Shown: positions 42,401 to 50,937 of the stretch, piece after piece
Position numbering within the stretch: position 1 is the first letter of the stretch
Layout of the letters: every line of letters begins with the position of its first letter
NCBI GenBank assembly: GCA_963691875.1
Contig: OY829846.1
Location: forward strand, 2,880,001-2,944,000
Origin: Aureliella sp.
GTDB taxonomy: Bacteria; Planctomycetota; Planctomycetia; Pirellulales; Pirellulaceae
Reading direction: 5' to 3'
DNA length: 64,000 nucleotides
Notes under the pieces: model-generated
Told to the model about the DNA's origin: nothing
Seen by the model: the letters and a program-made list of their open reading frames with translations, nothing else
Databases searched by the model: none
Position numbers and translations under genes: made by a program

Positions 42401-42897
42401 AAAGGAACGGGTAAGGCTTCGGGCAAAGGCCTGCCTGCAGAAAGAACAAAAAGTTGCGTCATACGGCTTAGCTTGGCGAAGCTCGACGTACTGAACAGCA
42501 ACTCGCCATCGGGAGTGTAATCCCAGAGCTGCTCGCCACCAGGATGGTAGCTGCGACGAACAGCGACACCACCGGTGACAGGGATTTCATACAAGTCCGA
42601 GTTACCTTCGTAGTTGCCCATGAAGGCAATCTGACTGCCATCGGGGCTAAAGCGAGGCGATTGTTCTTGTCCAGCTGGAGAAGCCAACGGCGAGGCCATG
42701 CCTCCGTTACGATCGACGATCCACAAGTCATCCGCGTAGGAGAAGACGATCTTGTCTTCGCTGATATCTGGATAGCGGATCATTCCGGCAGCCGGATTTT
42801 GATCGGCAAGAGCTACTTGCGACACGCCGAACAAGCTGGTGGAGCAGCTCGCGACGGCTAGCAGGACGCGACGAAGGTAAGAAAATGATATCGACAT
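39424..42897 (-). CDS. Tricorn protease homolog (peptidase S41, beta-propellers + PDZ)
   Basis: Signal peptide, RYPDIS, WKRYRGGMA, VGHAY, IIDDRWNGGG, AGSGGD, GRRTWGG and IEGHGVDPD. Confidence 0.93.
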   Translation of the reverse strand: MSISFSYLRRVLLAVASCSTSLFGVSQVALADQNPAAGMIRYPDISEDKIVFSYADDLWIVDRNGGMASPLASPAGQEQSPRFSPDGSQIAFMGNYEGNSDLYEIPVTGGVAVRRSYHPGGEQLWDYTPDGELLFSTSSFAKLSRMTQLFVLSAGRPLPEALPVPFGTNGAINDSGEWLAYTPYSRDTRTWKRYRGGMASDVWLFNLSDKSSKRVTDWEGTDSFPMWHDDTLYYLSDAGPNHRMNVWKYNVEADEKTQVTKFADFDVKTPSIGPGRNGEGEIIFQLGSEIRILNVKTKKSKSVKITIPGDRPSLRPHIVDAADFIQGASVSPSAKRVAIEARGDIWSAPIKNGSPRNLTRTSGAAERDPAWSPDGRWIAYFTDASGEYELVLAASDGSGETKQLTDNGNCWRSSISWSPDSKKLYFTDKTGGMFIVDANSKKVDQFDDEPHGGAGSISWSHDSAWLAYMRGTKAATRNQIRVLEVASGKTHAITSGYFNDVSPAFDREGEYLYFASNRDFGSPSYEDVGTTFIYDDTQVLVAVPLRADVKNPLLPTSDEETWKEENKDKPEGDKDEEAAAEKQEADAEKSKEGSEASSKKSTKKNRKNKGKKSKAKQPADGAKSDETKSGEAKPENKKSEEPKKISIDFEGIEARSFQVPVSSGRFRNLQYSAAGLIYARTSEQGESDPPSIKLLSIADGKASEKTVLAGAAGFELTPDGKKLLTFARGNIYVLSAAPGQSLGSSVSTEGMRMEIDRRAEWKQMFHEAWRAERDFFYDPTMHGVDWEAVREQYAALLEDCVSRTDLSYIIREMIAEINVGHAYYREGDVERGPRESVALLGCEFALGEKLTVAKLWQGGEWDTDARNPLSAAGVKEGDAILEVNGVPVDTEENPYKYFIGLGGRAITLKVQTGEKRARSVVVRPLSSDYNLRFWDGIEATRAYVEKKSKGKVGYIYVTNTGINGQNDLFRQFYSQHEKEALIIDDRWNGGGQIPTRFIELLNRPSTNRWAVRDGVDWVWPPDSHQGPKCMLINGLAGSGGDMFPGLFKQMKIGKLIGRRTWGGLVGIQGGRPLLDGASVTAPSFAYYDNDGTWGIEGHGVDPDIDVIEDPAKMQDGADPQLDVAIKTMLREIKQYPKPPTRPAYPDRSKMGIPDSDK

Positions 42898-43137
42898 TCA
42901 GTAATCCTTGGTGTGAGTCTTAGAGAGCTCCTTAGTAACGTTGCAGCCCCCAAAATTGTCAAGCGATGTTGCCTGCTAGCTAATCTTTTTGAAGCGGGCC
43001 AGTGGATCGAGGCCTGCAAGTCCTGGGTTCGAAGAACCTTGCCTTTCGGTAAACTTGACCCGGCCGTTGGGCAGGGCGAAGATTGAACCTTACCCCACGT
43101 GTTGCCGTTAGATACGTTTTGTGGCGAGATATTAGTG

Positions 43138-43890
43138 ATGAATCTAGTTTGGAAAGGGTGCGTCTCCCGAAGTGCACTTCACGTTGCGTGGTGCTGCCAA
43201 CATTTCCACTCACGTGCGAAGCACCTGGCTCCCGACTTGCGTACGGCTGCTGACTCGTATTGTGCTGCAGTGACCGGAACACCAGCCTGGAACCAATGGT
43301 TTGTGGCTGCAGCATTTGAGAGCGCCGAGTGGCGAAAACTACTCGCCGAATTCCATGCGCAGTATCCGGACTTTGGCGAACAGATAGCTCTGCGTTGTGG
43401 CCCCATTCAGCAAATGTGGGAAGCTCACGGCCCCGGTCTGATGTCGCAGCTGCGAAGCATGATTGGGCTCGAGCATCTCCCAGAATTAACTAGCCTGTAC
43501 TTGGTTCAGCCCGTACTAGGGGGCGCAGGCATGGCTTATCAAGCTAACCCACCCGCTATGCACCTGGAAGCCGTACTTGCCAATGAAGATCCGCGTTTGC
43601 CAGAAACGCTACGGCTCGCTTGGCTGTACGCACAAGTCGCCTGGAACGCACAAGTGAGCCACGTCGGTACACGGGCTGCCGACTCGCTAACTCCGCCCGG
43701 CGCTTCGTTGATTCCGCCAGTCTTGGCTGCTGCAGAAGAACTTGGACTAACGAAGTGCTCGCCCGAGCTCACTCACGCCGCACTGCAGCGTTGGATGCCG
43801 CTTGAACATGAAGTGCTCGTAAGCAAGACGCCAAACCTCGCGGAAGACCTTTGGAATCGATGGTCACGGGGAGACTGGAAACCGGATTGA
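43138..43890 (+). CDS. Hypothetical protein
   Basis: Open frame with protein-like segments (QQMWEAHGPG, EAVLANEDPRLPETLRLAWL). ATG 43138 is preferred. Confidence 0.65.
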   Translation: MNLVWKGCVSRSALHVAWCCQHFHSRAKHLAPDLRTAADSYCAAVTGTPAWNQWFVAAAFESAEWRKLLAEFHAQYPDFGEQIALRCGPIQQMWEAHGPGLMSQLRSMIGLEHLPELTSLYLVQPVLGGAGMAYQANPPAMHLEAVLANEDPRLPETLRLAWLYAQVAWNAQVSHVGTRAADSLTPPGASLIPPVLAAAEELGLTKCSPELTHAALQRWMPLEHEVLVSKTPNLAEDLWNRWSRGDWKPD

Positions 43891-43934
43891 AAATTGTGGT
43901 AAGGGAGTCCAATGCATCGGTTGATCCACCGATC

Positions 43935-43964
43935 AAAAAAAGCCTCCGGTAATCCCGGAGGCTT
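43935..43964 (-). terminator. Intrinsic terminator between convergent genes
   Basis: 10-bp stem aagcctccgg / ccggaggctt with an A7 run on the left, which is a U-tract on the minus strand. It lies about 30 nt after the stop at 43995. Confidence 0.85.
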
Positions 43965-43994
43965 GATAGCTAATCCATCTCAACTGAACAGTGT

Positions 43995-46688
43995 TTACTC
44001 TTCGAAGACTCGCATTGCTTCGTCGAGCGTGTACTGGAGGTAGTCGTCGACTTCACCTTCGAGCACACCTAGTGCGGTTTCGATAATCTCGTCGCTTGGT
44101 TCCATGAAGGTCAAGGCACGTACGGCTTCAAGACGCACTCGAGGATGCTTGTCGGCAACACGCTCTTTCAACAACTTCAGCGACTCTTGGACTCCGTCCG
44201 TCCAGAATGACAAAACGCGGACGGCGGCAGCTCGAGCATGATGGTTGTCGCATGTCAAAAGCTGCTTGAGCAGGTCTTCGTTGACTACATTCTGCGCCTG
44301 ATGAACCCACAGGCCTTCGAGAACGTGGTGCAAGTAGTCCTCGCCCGTCTTGTCCAGGCCGCTTAACCATTTCTTCGTGGCAGCAATGACATCTTCGGTC
44401 TCACGAGCCGCTAGCTCTCGGCGAACGTTGTAGCGAATACGATCATCCTTGGACTTTAACAGGTCCAACAAGTCGGCAATGGGCTCACCGGTGATCTTCG
44501 GCACATCGACCAAAGGTCTCGATGGGTAGGTCACGCGCCAAATACGACCATGCGAGTGGTCGCGGCTTGGGTCACGTAGATTGTGCTGTAAGTGACCGAT
44601 CAAAGCGTTGTGCCAGTCGACGATGTACAAGGAACCATCTGGAGCAAACTGCACATCGACAGGACGGAAGTTTCCGTCTTCGCAGTAAACGATCGGATCG
44701 ACTTCTTTGCCTTTGAAGCCAGAATCTTCCTCGACAATCTTATGATTGAGGATCACACGCTCACCAATGCAATTCGTAACAAGCCAGTTACCGTGAGCTT
44801 CAGGCGGGAAGTGAGTGCTGCCCACGAGTTCGCATCCGCCAAGTGGTCGGATTCGTTTCGGGTAGAACGTGGGGAATCGATACTGCGGGTCCCCACCCGT
44901 TTCCTTGGCCAGTCGGCGGTGCTGCGATCCGCCCGGGTGCTTGCTGGGGTAATCTATCTTGCCTGACAAAGGAGCCGCCCAGTAGCTGAATCCAGGTGAT
45001 GCATCGCCAATGAAGTCTTGGCCCCAGTAATCGAAAACGTGGCCCCAGGGGTTGGCGAATGCAAAGTTAACGTGCACGCCAAACTTCTCGCTCTTCGGAT
45101 GATAGCGCCAAATACCTGCTTCATGTAGACGGGTCAAACCATATGGACTTTCGACCTGCGAGAACTTGAAAGTACCTTCTTGGAAGTACAGATTGCCGCC
45201 CGGACCAAAGGTGAAGGCCGCGATGCCGTGGTGCGAGTCAGCGCTGTCAAAGCCAACCAACTTGCGAATTCGCGTATCGGCCTGCAAGTCACCGTCTTCG
45301 TCAGTCAGAAATAGAATGTCTGGTTGTTGGGCCACATAAACTCCGTTACCCGCGATTTCAAAGCCAGTCGGCTGGTGCAAGCCATCGGCGAACACGTCAC
45401 AATTGTCAGCCTTTCCGTCTTTGTCGCTGTCGGTCAGCACCAACAACTTATCGTTGAGGACCGACTTCGGCTTCCAGTGTGGATAGGATTCCATCGTGGC
45501 AACCCAAATCCGGCCTTCGTTGTCAAAGTCGATCGCAACCGGGTTCGCCAGTTCAGGAAAATCTTCCTCAGATGCAACGAGTTCAATCTTGTAGCCAGCC
45601 GCTGTCTTGAAGAGCTTTAGCTGTTCCTCAGCGGTCAAGTAATCCAAGGAACCAAGTTTGCCAAGCTTGGCCTGCTTGTCATCAGGACCACCAACATTCG
45701 TGCGAGGCTCGATAAAGGGCAGGGTATTGCTATCGTCGGCTTCGGCAGGCACCTTGCCACCTCGCGCCAAGGTCCAAATCCGAGCATCTCGGTTGGCAGC
45801 CATTTGATCCAAGATGGCGCGCTCACGCTCCATCACGTCTCGGTTGTTGTACGTCCCGTCGGAACCAGCCAAGCCGCGGTCGCCGTAGATCGAGAACCCG
45901 TTGACGGCTCGATAGCGATGCCACCAGTGGAAGTTCTTGTCATCGATCTCCGTCTTTAACTTGCTGACGACCAAGTCATCCACTTTGCCTTTGCATTGAC
46001 CGAACAGGCCGTTCATCAAAATGGGAGCAAGTTGCTTGTAGCCGGCATCGTTAAGGTGACAGCCGTTGAGCGTCAAACGATCGTCCGAGTTGTCGAGCAT
46101 GTCCTTGGTCGGTGCGTGCAGATCGACAAAGCCAACACCGGTCAACTTCGCGGTGCTCTGCAAAGCCGCTGTGTACCTGGCCAAGTTCTTGTTTTCCGCC
46201 TCACCGCTGGGCAAGTTTTTATCGCCAGTATTCTCAAAGGCAATGGGAGAAACGAGCACAATCCGCGGAGCGCCTTTGCCGCTGTAGTCGGCAGACTTGG
46301 TACTCTCTACAAGCTTACGAATCTCTTCTTTGAAATCCCCCAAGCCATCATCGCCTGCGAAGGACTCATTGAAGCCAAAGAAGTACAGAATCACCGTTGC
46401 ACCAGAGTGCTTCAAGTGCGATTCAGGCGATCCAAAGTTTTTAGAGCGAATTCGTAATGAAGGCTCATCACCTGGGAAGCAAAGATTGCGAACTGTTAGA
46501 TCAAGATCCGGAAATTCGTTATGCAGAAGCAACTCAAAATAGTTGTGATGCTGCATTCGCTCGCCGAGCTCGTTGCCGACCAAGCAGATGTGGTCACCTT
46601 TCTGTAGCTTCAATGCCTGGGCTTGAAGCGTGGAAATTGGCGATGCGAGAAGGCAGCAAAACAATGCGAAAAAGGCACGCAGTTTCAT
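43995..46688 (-). CDS. SGNH/GDSL-like domain + PVC-type membrane-bound dehydrogenase beta-propeller + HEAT repeats
   Basis: Signal peptide, GNELGER, FGFNES, LTLNGCHLN, ELVASEEDFPELANPV, FRPVD..FAPDGSLYIVDWHN..IGH.QH and HPRVRLEAVRA. ATG 46688 is preferred. Confidence 0.85.
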   Translation of the reverse strand: MKLRAFFALFCCLLASPISTLQAQALKLQKGDHICLVGNELGERMQHHNYFELLLHNEFPDLDLTVRNLCFPGDEPSLRIRSKNFGSPESHLKHSGATVILYFFGFNESFAGDDGLGDFKEEIRKLVESTKSADYSGKGAPRIVLVSPIAFENTGDKNLPSGEAENKNLARYTAALQSTAKLTGVGFVDLHAPTKDMLDNSDDRLTLNGCHLNDAGYKQLAPILMNGLFGQCKGKVDDLVVSKLKTEIDDKNFHWWHRYRAVNGFSIYGDRGLAGSDGTYNNRDVMERERAILDQMAANRDARIWTLARGGKVPAEADDSNTLPFIEPRTNVGGPDDKQAKLGKLGSLDYLTAEEQLKLFKTAAGYKIELVASEEDFPELANPVAIDFDNEGRIWVATMESYPHWKPKSVLNDKLLVLTDSDKDGKADNCDVFADGLHQPTGFEIAGNGVYVAQQPDILFLTDEDGDLQADTRIRKLVGFDSADSHHGIAAFTFGPGGNLYFQEGTFKFSQVESPYGLTRLHEAGIWRYHPKSEKFGVHVNFAFANPWGHVFDYWGQDFIGDASPGFSYWAAPLSGKIDYPSKHPGGSQHRRLAKETGGDPQYRFPTFYPKRIRPLGGCELVGSTHFPPEAHGNWLVTNCIGERVILNHKIVEEDSGFKGKEVDPIVYCEDGNFRPVDVQFAPDGSLYIVDWHNALIGHLQHNLRDPSRDHSHGRIWRVTYPSRPLVDVPKITGEPIADLLDLLKSKDDRIRYNVRRELAARETEDVIAATKKWLSGLDKTGEDYLHHVLEGLWVHQAQNVVNEDLLKQLLTCDNHHARAAAVRVLSFWTDGVQESLKLLKERVADKHPRVRLEAVRALTFMEPSDEIIETALGVLEGEVDDYLQYTLDEAMRVFEE

Positions 46689-47119
46689 TGTCTCACCATG
46701 GTTGTTGGGGGAAGGAAGGCAGCCGAAAACCACAAAGAAACCTTAAGCTTCGCACGTCGCAGCAATTGCTAGACGACCGACGCAATATTTCCGACTCAGG
46801 CACGATTCTATCAGCCAAATTTTTCGATGCGAGTTCTACCCTGCGATCAGTGGGGTTTTCGCTTGTAATTCGAGTGCTTACCATAATTGAGCGCAGCAAC
46901 GAACGAAAATGCCACAAACCTCTATCCGTTGCCTAATTTCGGTCCGAGTAGACTTCAGCTTGTAGACGATTGTCTTTGTCACCGATGCTGGAGCCGTTGT
47001 AAGATCTGCAGTCCGAGCAAGCCAGCGTTATCGACTGGGACTTAAACGATGTTTCAACGCAGCGAGACTTAAGCTCCGGTGGTGTAACCGCAAACCAGCG
47101 AATCTGAGAACAACATACC

Positions 47120-47590
47120 TTGGACGAATCACGGAGAATCCGCCTTGGAATTCCAGCTGACTTTGCAGCCCTTGCCGAAGTCATGTTTGACGCGGTGCGC
47201 AACGGGAAAAGTGAATATACCGAGGCCCAACGCGAAGCGTGGGTACCGGAAATTCGAAGCGGTGAGATGTGGGCGAATCGCTTGGCAGCCCAAGATCTCT
47301 TTGTCGCTGAAGACGAAAAACAAATCGTCGGATTCATGAGCCTCGCCGACGAAGGCCACGTTGACTTTGCGTACATCCGACCAGCTGAACAGGGCAGCGG
47401 ACTGTTCCGTCAGCTCTACGAATCACTCGAAAAACATGCTATTTCCATTGGCCTGCAACGCTTATGGGTTCACGCCAGCCTCATGGCCCAGCCAGCTTTC
47501 TCAGCCATGGGATTTGAGATTCTTGAAGAGCAAAGAGTCAAAATTGGCGATCAGACTCTTCGACGCTTTGAACTCGAGAAGTGGCTCTAG
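47120..47590 (+). CDS. GNAT-family N-acetyltransferase
   Basis: YTEAQREAW, IVGFMSL, VDFAYIRPAEQGSG and HASLMAQPAF..MGF. Confidence 0.85.
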   Translation: MDESRRIRLGIPADFAALAEVMFDAVRNGKSEYTEAQREAWVPEIRSGEMWANRLAAQDLFVAEDEKQIVGFMSLADEGHVDFAYIRPAEQGSGLFRQLYESLEKHAISIGLQRLWVHASLMAQPAFSAMGFEILEEQRVKIGDQTLRRFELEKWL

Positions 47591-47689
47591 CAGCCTTTCC
47601 GATGTGTGGACCTCGAAAGGTAAAAACCAGTTTCTGCCCAAGCTCAAGCTGCAAAAGAGACTCCTTTGAAGCTCATCGGCGATTCGATG

Positions 47690-48125
47690 AGTCGTACGCC
47701 TTATGGATTCGCTGGCTGCTTGGTGTGGCTTCTCGCTGCTCGACAGGCAAGAAACGGAACTGCAGTCTCAGATCGAAAAACAAACCACGGTTGCTTGCAA
47801 CCGAGTTTGCTATCGAAGCGTTTCGAAAACAAGAAAAGCGATGCCCAGAATCGCTCGAGAAGTTGGCCGCGGTTATTTACCCAGCATTCCCGTCGATCCT
47901 TTGTCACCATAGGGAAACACGCCCAGGATGGAATGGCGTGATGACAGGGCAATACTTGTCTACAGCGTGGGAGCTGATGGGGTTGCCCAAGAGCACGTGA
48001 CTTTTGTGAATTGGAACGCGACGTTTGATGACCTCCTACTAGGCCGTGGAGCCAAGCGCGTTTCAAGCTATTTCGAGGCTGAGACCCCTACCTCAGATGC
48101 AACTCAGCGTATTGAGGAAAGTTAA
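47690..48125 (+). pseudogene. Frameshifted remnant with a pseudopilin-G-like C-terminal domain
   Basis: Consecutive segments in different frames: RLLATEFAIEAFRKQEKRCPESLEKL / YLPSIPVDPLS* / AILVYSVGADG. Together they match the ...P.SL..L...YL..P.DP...YSVG.DG pattern. Confidence 0.45.
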
Positions 48126-48606
48126 GAAAGACCGAAAGAATCTGGCCGGCGGTGGATTGAATGAGCTCTCGTGTGGCGGCTGCTTCGCTGTTGTAGTCAG
48201 AAAGCCTCCGCTGAAGACTGGAACTTTTATCCGGCTCTAGACTCATCTTCCCAAGTGTCTTCTGGACTCGCTCTGCTGCGGCGAATTGTTTCTCTAAAAT
48301 CGAAGTGCCGCGAAAAGCATCCAACGCCAATTGAAATTGCTCACCGTCTTCCATCGCTACCTCGCGTGCATCCACGCGCGTAGCGACATCAACCTCGACT
48401 TGGCGATAGTGAGAGGAGAGTTCTTCCGCCAACTCTTGCCAAGCTGTGGCTGCTTTCTCGCGAGATGCGTCGATGGTGTTGTAGCTGGCTAGAGTGTAGC
48501 TGACCAACGCACCGAGAATAACCAGCATAGAGATGACGACGTACGTCAGTTTGGGACCAGAGATCGCTGAAGGCGGAGTGGTACTGGATTCCTCAGAAGC
48601 TGTCAT
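48088..48606 (-). CDS. LemA-like single-TM protein
   Basis: TM helix, then SYNTI...AATAWQEL, and C-terminal RRLSDYN...GQILSVFLNF. This is a shortened LemA pattern. Confidence 0.55.
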   Translation of the reverse strand: MTASEESSTTPPSAISGPKLTYVVISMLVILGALVSYTLASYNTIDASREKAATAWQELAEELSSHYRQVEVDVATRVDAREVAMEDGEQFQLALDAFRGTSILEKQFAAAERVQKTLGKMSLEPDKSSSLQRRLSDYNSEAAATRELIQSTAGQILSVFLNFPQYAELHLR

Positions 48607-48812
48607 CGATTCAATTTGCGGTTAGAGGAATGAGACGCTTCTAGCGTGGGATTCGGTTAGGTCACGGAATTCGTCAAGAATTTCGGTTTATGACTCTAGC
48701 AATGGTAGGCTTTCGCTACTTAAAAGTATGCTGGTCGTTCTGCCGACCAAAAGCACAACTCAAAGTGGCCCAGGTAAGCTGGTCAATTGTGACAAGAAAC
48801 CTTCTTTGAACA

Positions 48813-49757
48813 TTACAGTGTTTGCAACAAGGCAAGGGTGCCGAGGCCGTAAAAGCTGTACTCGACGTCGTCACCGGGATCATACTCGAAGCCTCGGAAG
48901 CCGCCAGTAGCCTGCTGCATGCTCTCCACATACTGCTGAACCCCCTTGGTCGAAATACTCTCGAGACGCTCGACGTCTGCCAAAGTCACGCATGCGGTAA
49001 AAGTACTTAACAAGTCGGGTAGGGGAATGCGCGTATTCGCCTGGAAGCCACCTTCATCAGTTTGCAGCTCGGCCAAGAACTCTGCGGCATCTTCTGCTAC
49101 CACGTCGTGCAACTTGCCCAAGATTCGTAAAGCCCCCATGGCAGCAGCGGTTGGATTCGCACCTGATCGCTTACCCACACGGATCTCTAGAAAGCCACCG
49201 TCATCCTGCTGTTGACTCATCAAAAAGCTGTAAGCTGCATTGGCTTCTGGACAGGGTCGCTCGATGAGCTCCAAGCAGAGCAAAACCAAAAACGTTTGGT
49301 AAGTACTACCAGTACGTCCTTCGAGACTCTTGCTAAATCCGCCGTCATCTCGCCGCAAAGTATCGAGTAGCTCTGCCAGTCGCTTTTCCCAGTCTTCTTG
49401 AGCGCCTTCGAAAGCATCCAGCGAGCAAGTCGCTTCTAGCAGCTTGACCGAGTAAACGAGTGACAGAAGATCAACAATTCCCTCATGCGAGTGCATCCGA
49501 CTACGCAAAAAATCCGCGCTGCGTTGCGCGACTTTCCCATCCAGCAAACCAAGAATTGCCAAACTGCGCAAGGCAAAGCTGGTGTAGTAAATATCGCTTT
49601 CGCCTTCCCGCCCTGCCCAGCCTCCATCGGCTCGCTGGCGCGTCACAACGTATTCGCCATGCAGCTTCTGCGTTTCGCTCGGAAGCTGCGCCGCACCAAA
49701 GGTGAGGCGAATCATCAATCGTGCTAAGTAACCCAGTTGCTCCAGTTCTTCCATCAC
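48813..49757 (-). CDS. Prenyltransferase/squalene-cyclase-repeat (alpha/alpha toroid) protein
   Basis: Repeats QRADGGW, RRDDGGF, QQDDGGF, QTDEGGF, QQATGGF, and DVEYSFYGLG. Confidence 0.85.
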   Translation of the reverse strand: MMEELEQLGYLARLMIRLTFGAAQLPSETQKLHGEYVVTRQRADGGWAGREGESDIYYTSFALRSLAILGLLDGKVAQRSADFLRSRMHSHEGIVDLLSLVYSVKLLEATCSLDAFEGAQEDWEKRLAELLDTLRRDDGGFSKSLEGRTGSTYQTFLVLLCLELIERPCPEANAAYSFLMSQQQDDGGFLEIRVGKRSGANPTAAAMGALRILGKLHDVVAEDAAEFLAELQTDEGGFQANTRIPLPDLLSTFTACVTLADVERLESISTKGVQQYVESMQQATGGFRGFEYDPGDDVEYSFYGLGTLALLQTL

Positions 49758-50269
49758 GCCGCTCTACGAACAATCGGATCTCGAGGCTCATCACTCAAGT
49801 GCATCGCGACAACGGGTTTCTCATCTTTCCACTCTATCTTGTATCGCGGAAGCACCTTCGGTGCATAGAAAAGATACATGACCGGCAGAACAGTCATTGA
49901 AAAGCTGGCGCTAGCGGCGAGCAGCAAGCGTGCTGGCCGATGACCGTCGGAAAAGTTATCTGCCAAGTAGGCGACGAAGGAGATGCCGCCAGCTGGCAAG
50001 ATTGCGTAGATGACGAAGTCAATGAACATCATGTACCTTGTTATTTCGGTATCACGATCCACCAAGAACGGAATATAGAAGAGAACCGTGGCCAACAGCG
50101 GCGTTAACAAGAGTGCTCCAAGAACGACCAAAACTCGATACCAGCCGCAGGCCGTGTAATAGGAACGCTGGATCATGCGTCCACCTGGGTAACAACCGAC
50201 AAGCCCAAGCACAACGCCGACAACTTCAATCAGGTTTTCTTGCAGATACAACATGAAGATCCGTCGCAA
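49754..50269 (-). CDS. Hypothetical membrane protein (about 4 TM)
   Basis: Hydrophobic ORF packed between the thioesterase (8-nt gap) and the prenyltransferase-repeat gene (4-nt overlap). Confidence 0.65.
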   Translation of the reverse strand: MRRIFMLYLQENLIEVVGVVLGLVGCYPGGRMIQRSYYTACGWYRVLVVLGALLLTPLLATVLFYIPFLVDRDTEITRYMMFIDFVIYAILPAGGISFVAYLADNFSDGHRPARLLLAASASFSMTVLPVMYLFYAPKVLPRYKIEWKDEKPVVAMHLSDEPRDPIVRRAA

Positions 50270-50277
50270 ATCGCGGC

Positions 50278-50706
50278 TTAATTGTCGATTAGATATGGTA
50301 AGAGCTTAGAGCGTAGGTCAGCTGGGATGTCCACGGACTTCAGTGGCTGGTCTTTTGCAACGTGACAACACACTGCAACGATCTTGCCTGATGCAATTTG
50401 CTTTTCAAGATGGTGAAAACCGAAACCAAACTCAACGCTCTTGGAACCTAGCTTAAGCAGACTGAGTTTGATGTGAAGCACATCTTCGAATTTTGCGGCT
50501 CCCCGAAAGTCACATTCTACGTGAACACGAGGCCAGCCCACATGAAGGCCTCCGCCGATGGGCTGCATCACGCTTACCCCCAGATGTCGCCAGAAAGCGT
50601 GCTCTGCCTGCTCCATGTAGCAGGTGTAGGCCGAAAAGTGCACGATGCCGGCAGCGTCGGTTTCGCAGAATTCGACTCGTCGCTCAAAAGAAAAGATTTC
50701 GGGCAT
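50278..50706 (-). CDS. Acyl-CoA thioesterase (hotdog fold, 4HBT/YbgC-like)
   Basis: RVEFCETDAAGIVHF..Y..YME.AE motif. Confidence 0.9.
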   Translation of the reverse strand: MPEIFSFERRVEFCETDAAGIVHFSAYTCYMEQAEHAFWRHLGVSVMQPIGGGLHVGWPRVHVECDFRGAAKFEDVLHIKLSLLKLGSKSVEFGFGFHHLEKQIASGKIVAVCCHVAKDQPLKSVDIPADLRSKLLPYLIDN

Positions 50707-50937
50707 CAGGCATTTGCAGGTTCGAGGAATTTGGCGATTGCGGAAGGAAGCGAACGAATTATTGCGGCCGAACTAGTCGCTGCTCATCCACGCTTTTACC
50801 CCGCAGCCTTGGACCATAAAGCCACACATTTCAGCCTGCGGACCAACACGCTGACCGCGAGCCCACATATCGCGTGTCTCCCCGCGCTTTCGGCTCATAT
50901 TTCCGAGGACCTCTGGCGATCCTGCGGAGAAAGCGAG

